Shown in pieces: positions 1-8,522 of a stretch of DNA of 64,000 bases. A program made the translations under genes and the position numbers. Source of the stretch: Flectonema sp. DT1601 (Eukaryota); NCBI GenBank assembly GCA_964019425.1, contig OZ025802.1:434001-498000 (forward strand), given 5' to 3'. The notes beneath the pieces were generated by a model. That model did no database searches. It saw only the letters and a list, made by a program, of their open reading frames with translations, and had not been told where the DNA came from. How positions within the stretch are numbered: position 1 is the first letter of the stretch; every line of letters begins with the position of its first letter.

Positions 1-3000
1 AGACGAGCCAGCACAGGAAGTGGGACAACCCGAGGAAAAAGAGCACCCACCCCCCGACCCCCCGTCGAAGGAGGAGAAGCTGTATGCGGTGGCGGTGGGA
101 TGGAAACCGGGAGTGTATGCATCGTGGGAGGAGGCGAAGGCACAGACGGAAGGGTGCCCGAATGCGACACACCAGAGTTTCTCCTCCAGGAAGGAGGCGG
201 ACAGGTTTGTAGAGAGGTGGCAGCCGGAGACCAGGGAACCGACCCGGGCCACGGAGGGAGTCAGCCCACGTAAGTGGTACGCAGTGGCGAGGGGCAGGGC
301 GGTAGGCCTGTTCCAATGCTGGAACGAGGCGAACTCGATGGTGTCAGGCTACGCGGCGGCGAGACACAAGAGTTTCGCAAGCAAGGGGGAGGCGGAGGGA
401 TACCTCCGAACCCACCTGCTGGGGGAGGTGGTGGGGGAAGTAGGGACGAGGTACACCTTGGTGTACGCGTGCGAGGTAGACCCGGTAACGGGCCGTCTGG
501 GGGCGGCGGCGAGCTGGCTGGACACACACCGGTTCGAGGTGTTGGGCACATGGTCAGCTGGCCTGCCAGCGGGAGACACACACGGGGGGCGATACTTCGC
601 AGCCCTGGTGGGGCTGGTAGCGGCCAAGGCGTGTGGAGGCCTCGTCCCAGCGGAGGCATCCCTGCTGCTGCGAGGAAGCACGACACACTGGTCGACGGAC
701 CAGAGAGAGGTGCTGGAGGAGGCGGATTTGATGGGGAGGCGTACGACGCTGGTGGAGATGCCAGAGGGGATGAGAACACACGCGACGGAGGAGGCGGAAA
801 AAGCGGCGAAAGAGGGCTCGACCTCAGTGACGGAAGCCGTGATGAAGGTTTTCACAGAGGGGGCAACGAACTGCCTGGGACACGGGACACGGACGGGGAG
901 TCCCTTCACGGTGCGGTGGGAGGGAAGACAACTGCGTCTGGAACCCCGGTACACGGAAGGGGGGACGGGATCGTCAGGCGGCCGAGAGTCGGTGGAAGGA
1001 GAAGACGCGAGGGTGGAGGGCCGAGACGAGCAGAGCCCGGTCCCAACCCCGAAGGGGGCCGTACAAAGGGTAGAGGCGGGAGTCCTGGAGTTGAGCTCGG
1101 AAGGGTCGGAGGGAGATGACGATAGATCATCCTCCCCAGCGACAGGGCAGGACGAAGGGAACGGTTCCATGTCGGGAGGCTCCTTGGGGAGTCCAGGGAC
1201 GTCGGACATGGAAGCGGAAGAACAGACGGACGAAAGGGACCAGTCCGTAGACCCGTCGGCAGCAGAAACCTCAGGCGAAAACCATCACCTGGCCGAGGAC
1301 CTGCAAGCCGAGAATGGGGACGAGCTGGACGAGACGTCCCATCACTCAGGAGAGCCACCGTCGTCAGACGGCATGGACGGAGTGGAGGGGTTGAAGGACC
1401 TGGAAGACTCACAGTCGGAGATGGAAGTCGACGGAGAAAATGTGACGGAAGGGTCAGTAGTCCAGTACGTCGAGGAGACGTCAGAGGACGTGGTCCAGGT
1501 GGCAGAGTCGGACACAGAGGAGGAGGGATCGTCAGACTCCCAAATGACCATGACGGTCGATGAACAGGAATGGGAAGAGGGAGCGGCGCCTGAGGGGAAC
1601 GCAGGTCAGATGGCCTGGATGCTGGGACTACACCCAGAAGGGGGGAACGCGGAAACACGACGGGAGGGCCAGTCGGAGCCCCTTTCAAAGCTGGTGAACT
1701 CAGGCGAAACAAAACCAATGGCCGAGAGATCCAGTTTGGGGGCGAAGATGGGACCACGCGCAGTGGGTAGTGACGGGAGCGGGGAAGACGCAGAGAGATC
1801 GCCGGGCACGGTGTCAACACCGAGCACGAGAGGGAGGACGAAGTACAGAAAGGGAATGGAGGAGGAGAGGGAGGAGTGTGTGTCGCCGAAGACAAATACG
1901 GGAAGGGGACGCACGAGAGGCCGGAAGGCAAAGACGGGGGCAAAGGGGGCCGGAAAGGAGGACCCAAGTCCGCAGGTGTTGCAGGCGGAAATGGGAGAGT
2001 CCACCCCGAGCTCAGGTGAACGGCAGGCGAGGAGGAGGTACAGGAAGGGAGAAGAGAGGGAGAGGATAGAGGTTCTCTCCCCAGACCCGAGCAGGAAAGC
2101 GAAGAGGAAGAGACGCAAGCAGAAGGAACCGGAGCCAGTGGAGGGCACCACGAGGGAACAGGCGCCGCGGAGTTACAACAGGAAACCCACACTGCGTCGG
2201 GTAGGTAAGGGAGACTCACCCGACACAATGGGGTACGCACACGGGCCCCCGGGCTCCCTGACCTCGTTCACGGACGCGGGCGTACGCCCGGAGCCGGCGG
2301 AGCGAGACGGACAAGGTGTGGCAGGAGTAGAGTTGGTCACAAGGTCGTCGTCACAGAGTGAGAAAAGCACCCAAGGAGAGATGAGGGAGAGAGAAGGGGA
2401 TCCAACACGAAGGGTCCTGGACTTCTCGTCGAAAGGGGGAAGGCGCTAGGGACTCCACGAAGGAGGTCTCAAGAGTCGAGGAAAAGACAGAGCCAAGACC
2501 CCAGAGCCAACCCAAAACACATGGTAGAGGACGAGGGAGAACAAGAGCGGGAGCGAGGTTAGAAACGTGACCAAAGCCCCCGCGAAGCAGGAGACACAAC
2601 CTGCAACCAGACCCCCCCCCAAAAAAAAAACCCCGGTCAACGAGGCAAACTCGGACCAAAACATGCTTTTCACCCCCCCCAGGAAACACCGACCAGTGGA
2701 GCCAAAGGCCACACACATATTATAAAAATCAAAGGCCGCCCCCCAACCCAAGAAAAGGATGAAAAACTTTCAAGCGAAAAAACTTGACGTCCGTACGCCC
2801 CAGAGATCAAAGGACGGACGACTCACACCCCCTTCTTTCGCCCCATTTTATTTACTGGTACAGCGACAAATGTAAAGCTGGGTAGACGACGAATTATCTT
2901 TTGTGCACAGAGACAAGGGATCCATGAGAACAAAGGATCAAGAGAAGAAGGGCACATTCCCCATCCCAAACCCAGAAACATGAGAACTCATTAAATTGAA

Positions 3001-3178
3001 GGGTCATGTCTTTTCAAGTCGAAAAATGCTTAAATGCTGAAGAAGACTGTCGTCCCCAGCTCGCGGGTTTTCCCTGTCGCTGTATGTCGAGACAACGATC
3101 AGAGTCAGTAGAAAGATTGTACTAATTAACAGTATAATGAAAAAGGACAAAGAGAGTAGTTTCCATTTTATCTTCCCG

Positions 3179-3231
<53 letters not shown>
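1..3231 (+). mobile_element. 3' part of a GC/purine-rich poly(A)-tailed retroelement or retrocopy
   Basis: Composition sharply different from the AT-rich host DNA; intronless ORF, about 730 nt 3' UTR, 53-nt A run at 3179-3231. No RT domain inside the window. Confidence 0.55.
2..2449 (+). CDS. 5'-partial ORF: two RNase H1 N-terminal hybrid-binding (Cauli_VI-like) domains, a degenerate RNase H fold, then acidic and basic low-complexity tail; probably retroelement-encoded
   Basis: Frame open from the window edge. KLYAVAVGWKPGVYASWEEAKAQTEGCPNATHQSFSSRKEA (77-211) and KWYAVARGRAVGLFQCWNEANSMVSGYAAARHKSFASKGEA (272-406) fit the HBD consensus. 449-817 resembles RNase H strands/helices without the catalytic acids. 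Confidence 0.75.
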   Translation, partial: DEPAQEVGQPEEKEHPPPDPPSKEEKLYAVAVGWKPGVYASWEEAKAQTEGCPNATHQSFSSRKEADRFVERWQPETREPTRATEGVSPRKWYAVARGRAVGLFQCWNEANSMVSGYAAARHKSFASKGEAEGYLRTHLLGEVVGEVGTRYTLVYACEVDPVTGRLGAAASWLDTHRFEVLGTWSAGLPAGDTHGGRYFAALVGLVAAKACGGLVPAEASLLLRGSTTHWSTDQREVLEEADLMGRRTTLVEMPEGMRTHATEEAEKAAKEGSTSVTEAVMKVFTEGATNCLGHGTRTGSPFTVRWEGRQLRLEPRYTEGGTGSSGGRESVEGEDARVEGRDEQSPVPTPKGAVQRVEAGVLELSSEGSEGDDDRSSSPATGQDEGNGSMSGGSLGSPGTSDMEAEEQTDERDQSVDPSAAETSGENHHLAEDLQAENGDELDETSHHSGEPPSSDGMDGVEGLKDLEDSQSEMEVDGENVTEGSVVQYVEETSEDVVQVAESDTEEEGSSDSQMTMTVDEQEWEEGAAPEGNAGQMAWMLGLHPEGGNAETRREGQSEPLSKLVNSGETKPMAERSSLGAKMGPRAVGSDGSGEDAERSPGTVSTPSTRGRTKYRKGMEEEREECVSPKTNTGRGRTRGRKAKTGAKGAGKEDPSPQVLQAEMGESTPSSGERQARRRYRKGEERERIEVLSPDPSRKAKRKRRKQKEPEPVEGTTREQAPRSYNRKPTLRRVGKGDSPDTMGYAHGPPGSLTSFTDAGVRPEPAERDGQGVAGVELVTRSSSQSEKSTQGEMREREGDPTRRVLDFSSKGGRR

Positions 3232-3234
<3 letters not shown>

Positions 3235-3517
3235 TTATTTATTATTAAATAAAAAAAAATGATGGTAGGAATGGTAACCGAATTAGCTTCATGTGTCCAA
3301 TTTCAAGGACGCGTGACCACTTATTTTTCCGTTGCCGCTCTTCTTACGTCCTCAGGCGGAGCCTACCTATGTTTCCCGTGTTTTCCAATTTGTCAGACTT
3401 AAATCAAAAGAAAGTATAAAAGAAAGACAAAACAAAGAAGTGAAAAGAACAAAAACAAAGAGTCTGGAAGCACAGACGAGTGTAACCAAAAAAAGAAAAA
3501 AAAAATAAAAAATTACA

Positions 3518-3589
3518 TCCGCTGTAGTATAGTGGTTAGAACACCTGGCCCTCACCCAGGAAACCGGGGTTCAATTCCCCGCAGCGGAA
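3518..3589 (+). tRNA. tRNA-Glu(CTC), copy 1
   Basis: 72-nt cloverleaf: acceptor TCCGCTG/CAGCGGA, anticodon stem CCTGG/CCAGG, loop CC-CTC-AC, T arm CGGGG-TTCAATT-CCCCG; T5 terminator follows. Confidence 0.95.
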
Positions 3590-3614
3590 TATTTTTGCTT
3601 CAGACATTGTCTAT

Positions 3615-4390
3615 TCGTATTCGGAGGTCCTAGTTTACGTTTTGTCGGTCTTGACAAATTGTTCCAAGAACTTCGCAAGTAGTTGGTTCTCGTCAAACTC
3701 AGAAAAATGGAGTTCATTGGACACATCCTGAGTAAGCTTGGGCCCGACGTACTATGCCTTCAGGAGACTTCTTGCAGGATGGCATTGTTCCATTGGAACT
3801 ACGTTTGCTACAGGAGGGATAAGGAAGGGGAGGAGGCCTGATCACGTTAATAAGAAGAATTCAACATGATTGCTTTGATATCTCCATACTGTCGATGAGA
3901 GGAACTGTTGAGTCGATGGGGGTCAGAATTAACGAAGACGTAAGTATTCTCAACATCTCGACTTCCCACCGAGCTCGAGGATTAATTTTAAACTATTCTC
4001 CCTGAAACGTGTGGAAGTTCATACTCGCTGGTGACTTCAACGCACACTACTGGTCCAAGAAAACCGACGTAAAAGGCTGTGACCTTCGGATCAAAGGGAA
4101 GAGAAGAAGAATGTGGAACGCTTCGACGTAAAATTCACATTGTTCGAGATGGTGCGACAATTCCAACTGATTACATTCAGTTTGCAATCTCCTATTCGGT
4201 CCTGGGTTTCGTTCAACGTCCCCTGCTATCAACAAGAGACGTCTTCGAGTCTCAGCCCAGCTTCCATCTACGTGCCGTCATTTTCCAAGAATCTCGTCAT
4301 CAGCATCTCGAAACTATCCATCCTTCGTTCTATCGTACCTGTTCAGCCGTCGACTTCTTCACAGTTTTCTTCTCAATCTTCACATTGTCG
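3615..4390 (-). pseudogene. Rearranged relic of LINE family A: ORF1 end, 2A peptide, APE domain; internal inversion ~3701-4141 and deletions
   Basis: 3615-3700 nearly identical to 7447-7534; 3935-4087 is the reverse complement of ~8095-8250; minus strand reads LLLIAGDVERNPGP then (frameshift) KLNVISWNCRTISN; plus strand continues KMEFIGHILSKLGPDVLCLQET. Confidence 0.85.
4197..4247 (-). other. 2A-like ribosome-skipping peptide RRRLLLIAGDVERNPGP
   Basis: Exact D-V-E-x-N-P-G-P motif preceded by LLLxxG, immediately upstream of the APE start, as in L1Tc. Confidence 0.85.
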
Positions 4391-4753
4391 AAATAATATA
4401 AAATATTTTTTATGACCGACCTACTCAAGAGAAGAGATGAAAAACTTTTATTTATTTATTTATTTATTTAGTCACATCCCCCCTGTCTTTCTACTTTGTT
4501 TTTATTCTTTCTGAGCATACTCGCTCTTCTTATTTTTTAACTAATTAAATAAGCAACAACGAGTGCAACTGTTGTGAGTCCGTTGGAGGACTTCCCCGGA
4601 TAGGAAGCTCACGACACTGTAAGTACAAAGCGAATGATCAATACGGAGACGGTGGCCAAAGACCACTGGGTTACCTGCGAGCTATGAAGCTCTACGGATG
4701 TCCTCAGAGAGTTATTAGGAGATGAATTAGGAGTGATGTATGAGTATGATATA

Positions 4754-7700
4754 CTAAAAAGATAGTAACTTCTGATAACAGCTTGTTGCCGTCCATTGTT
4801 CTAAATGCCATATGAAGCCAGCGAGGGAATGTAAGTTCCTCGTAGCGAACATAAATAGCAGGCTGTGTTCCTTCTTTGAAATCTTCGCTTCTTCCATGAC
4901 AGATCCAATTGTTCCATTTCTGATGCGTACCAGAGCAGAGTTCATGCAGTTAAACATCAAGTGTCTAGGTGATGAGTCCGTCCGTCTACAAAAAGGGCAC
5001 TTCAGTTGTACGCCTTTGTCTCTCAGCAAGGGGTGTGAACCCGTTCTGAATTGTGCAATTCTTACTTCCGAAGCTCTCAGCATGTCTTTCGGATATCTAG
5101 CAGTTCTCAATCCTCCGGTCGCCTCCAGATACTGTCTGAGCATCACCCGTTTCATTGGAGGCTTTGCCTTCTCGGAGGCTTCCATCATCTTTCCTATCAA
5201 CTTCCTGTGAGACTCCCTCGCTACCCTTGATTTGTGGGCGAAGAAATCCATGGTCGTTGAGACCGGTTTTCTTTCGGCATCCTTCGAGACTTCTTTGGCC
5301 AGCTTATCAGCCTTATCGTGTGGTTCAATCCCCACATGGGCCGGGATAAACTGGAGATGCACCTGTGTCTTCAGATCCCTAATGCTTTCCAGTATTAACA
5401 GAGAGTTCAACTTCCTCTGGGCAACAATCCCTCCATTGAGTTCCTCCAGGTTGGATCTCGAGTCACTGAAGATTCTGGTAATACCTGACCTGGGACCCAA
5501 GATCGAGTCAGCTTTGCCAATTTCTCTCATCAGCAGTTTGAGTGTTACTTGTTCAGCCTTGTAGCTGCTTTCAGTAGCTACAAGTCTTGACGACATCGTT
5601 CTCTCAGTTGGTGAGACCTGTACTGCTGCCGCACCCGCAGTGTAGTTAACAGGATCATGTGAGCCGTCCACATATATAGCCGAGTTGCAAGGGACTAGGT
5701 CCCTGCAGTATTCCTCAAATTTGTTCCTGTCCACATCTGCATCACCGGTCTTGTTATGACCATACCCACAGGATATCTCTAGATTTGGTACATCCGCCCA
5801 GGGTTCGATGCTGTCAGGTTGAACTATTCCTTGGAGGGCGATGTTACAATCTTCCTGCGGCAACTTAGAACTCCAGAATCCTTTCGCTATTCGGTTCGTC
5901 GAACGTACCCACTTCAGCGATCGATACCTAAACAGAGCAGTTCTGGCCTGTTTTTCTATTATCAACTTCATCGGGAGCATGTTCGCCTCCAAGAGCAGTG
6001 GGAGAGACCTGGTGTAGATGCTGCAACCCGTTATCCTTCTCGCAATCTTCTTCAGATTCAAGTCCACAAGATCAATCTGACCCTCAGATAGGAAAGGACC
6101 GAAGCTCTCCAGCCCATATGACAGCCTTGAAAGTATGTACAGGTTCTTGACCATGCACAGCGTCTTAAAATCAAAATCATACTGTTCTAGTTTCCCCAGG
6201 AGTGCAAGACCCTTCCTGGTCTCATCCAGCATCTTTCCGACCTGTGTTCCATAAGATAAATCACCATCAATGTGCACCCCCAGGTATTTAACGCTGTCTA
6301 CCATCGGCATCAGTACTGCGGTTAACAACTTTACTCTCAGCTTACTTGATCCATCAGGGAAAATTGCAAGCAGGTCCTTCGTATTAGCAACTTCGGTATC
6401 ATCCACCTTGAGAATGGTTTCTCCACTCCCCAGAATTGGCCTTCCAAACTCGTTCGGTCTGATCATCTTAGCCAGATCTCCCCTGCTTACAACGTAATAA
6501 TTATCCTTTGCAGTCCTGGGGAAGCCCAGTCTCCAGTAGATATCCTTTGGGCAGCGCACAGGCATACCACATGTCTTAGAGACGGACAGTGCCATATCAT
6601 TGGTTTTGCACCAGCTATCCACAAGTCCAAGGATCCATTGCGCTTTCTTATTGGTTAAATTAACGTCCTTATCAGAGACTACACAAGCGGTGTCATCTGC
6701 ATAAAGAGCCGAAACTGAGCCAGTCTTCTCCAACAACTTTGCCAGGTCATCAACATAAATCAGGTATAGCAGCGGACCGATAATCGATCCTTGGGGAACC
6801 CCCCTCGTTACCGTTCTGTAGGAGCTAAGGTTGCCATTCGCACTCACCCTTGCCTGCCTGCCCTTCAGGAAGTCAACTACCCATGCAATGAACGGGGAGG
6901 GAATACGCATGTTCTTCATCTTCTTGATCAGTTTCTCATGATTAATTCTATCAAATGCTTCCGTGAAGTCGAACGACAGCAGAACAGAGCTCTTGTTCTT
7001 TTCACTGGCCTCATGAAGAGCGTTGACTAACATTGAAATCTGCTCACACGTATTCCTTCCTCTTCTAAAACCCGCCTGGATAGACGACAGGGCATTGTTC
7101 TGGGTAAGCCAATACATCAACCTATCATAAATCACTCTTTCAAGTACTTTACCCACCACCGAGGTCAACGTGATCGGTCTGAAACTTGCGATCTTATCTT
7201 TTGGCTTACCTGGTTTGTAAACTGGCTTGATAAGACCCTCCTTCCAGATCCTCGGTACCTTTGACGTTAGCCACGATTCATTGAATAACGCCAGGAGGAA
7301 ATCCATTCCTATCACCGATAAGTTCTTCAACATTATCCCATGGATTCCATCTGGACCTGGTGCTTTCCCGGGCCTTACCTTCTTGATGGCTCGCTTCAGT
7401 TCAGTCATTGTTAGATTCCCTCCGATTTTGGCGAAGTCGCTGCTCTTCGTATTCGGAGGTCCTAGTTTACGTTTTGTCGGGGTCTTAACAAATTGTTCCA
7501 AGAACTTCGCAGGTAGTTGGTTCTCGTCAAACTCCGGAATGTGAATTTCACGTCCTTCATCCGTCTCAAGGTCCTTTATCTTTTTGAACGCATATGCAAA
7601 GCCTTCACCTTTTGCTAGCCGTTCAGCGATAAATTTTCCCTTCGCACGCTTGGTATCTGGGGTGGAAGCGTTCCACATTCTTCTTCTCTTCCCTTTGATC

Positions 7701-8250
7701 CGAAGCCTTCTTCTAACGTACCTCTTCGCTACTCCAAGAACGATTCTGTTGAACGTTACTGCTCTTCTCCCAACGCTCGCAGAGTTGTTTACCTTTCCAA
7801 ACCTGTAGTCTAGTTCATGTTCATATGAGTACCAATCAGCTGTATTGAAGTCCCAGACCGATCTCTTCGTCGCGTGGTTGCCCGAAGGCTCAAGGGGTGA
7901 GAGCGTATCGAAGGTAGCAGAGAGTGGTGTATGATCCGAACCGTGCTCAATTCCTTCACCTACCAGCTCAAAGTTAAGCAGTTGAATCTCCTCGTGGTGC
8001 AGGATCAGATCGGGCGAGGTCCCATGTCTCGGCAGTGTCGCTAGACCTGGCGGGTTCGCAATCAGGAGGTCCTCTTGCCCTGTCCAGTTGAGAAGGTCAC
8101 AGCCTTTTACGTCGGTTTTCTTGGACCAGTACCTATGGTGTGCGTTGAAGTCACCAGCGAGAATGAACTTGCCAACACGTTTCAGGGAGAATAGTTCAAA
8201 ATTAATCCTCGAGCTCGGTGGGGAGTAGATGTTGAGAATACTTACGTCTT
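4754..8250 (-). CDS. Element A ORF2 (5'-truncated): AP endonuclease, reverse transcriptase, RNase H, CCHC finger
   Basis: YSPP, GDFNAHH, GSDH (APE); KAPGPDGI, RPITLTS, GVPQGS, YADD, KYLGV (RT); YVDGS, KAE, SDS, PAHVG..HDKAD (RNase H); CPFC..HLMFNC. The track's MMHSKKKK start is an artefact of B's 3' end and poly(A). Confidence 0.93.
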
Positions 8251-8522
8251 TTTTTTTTTTTTTTTTTTTTGAGTGCATCACGACCCGTGAGTCTGTGATG
8301 CTGATTGCGCTGTTAGGCGCGGTTGTTCTTTTTCTTTCTTTCTTTCTTACTTTCTTTGTTTTGGGGGTTGGGGGTGGGAATCCCGTAGGCTTCGTATCTC
8401 CTTTCTTTGTTTTGATAACTTAAAACTAATACTACATAATTAATTGTCCACTTGGACGACTTCAGATGTGTTGCAATGATGCCTTCAATGTTGATATTCG
8501 AAATGTCGATGTTTTAATAATA

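Noticed and set aside
261..2240. Long overlapping ORFs (444, 286, 281 aa)
   Set aside because: Shadow frames of GC-rich coding DNA; low-complexity and motif-free.
3250..3400. U6 snRNA divergent from tRNA copy 1
   Set aside because: Only ACAAATTGGAA resembles U6; no ACAGAG box or internal stem-loop.
3549..3555. tRNA with TCA anticodon (Sec or opal suppressor)
   Set aside because: The 5-bp stem centres CTC in the 7-nt loop; the body is Glu-like with no long variable arm.
8249..8270. A-B fusion as a single template-switch chimera
   Set aside because: A sequence resumes at 12664-12710 and B has its own 5-bp TSD, so B is a later nested insertion.
8251..8281. MMHSKKKKKKK as the N-terminus of the 1175-aa ORF
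   Set aside because: It is B's 3' end and poly(A) read in frame by chance.
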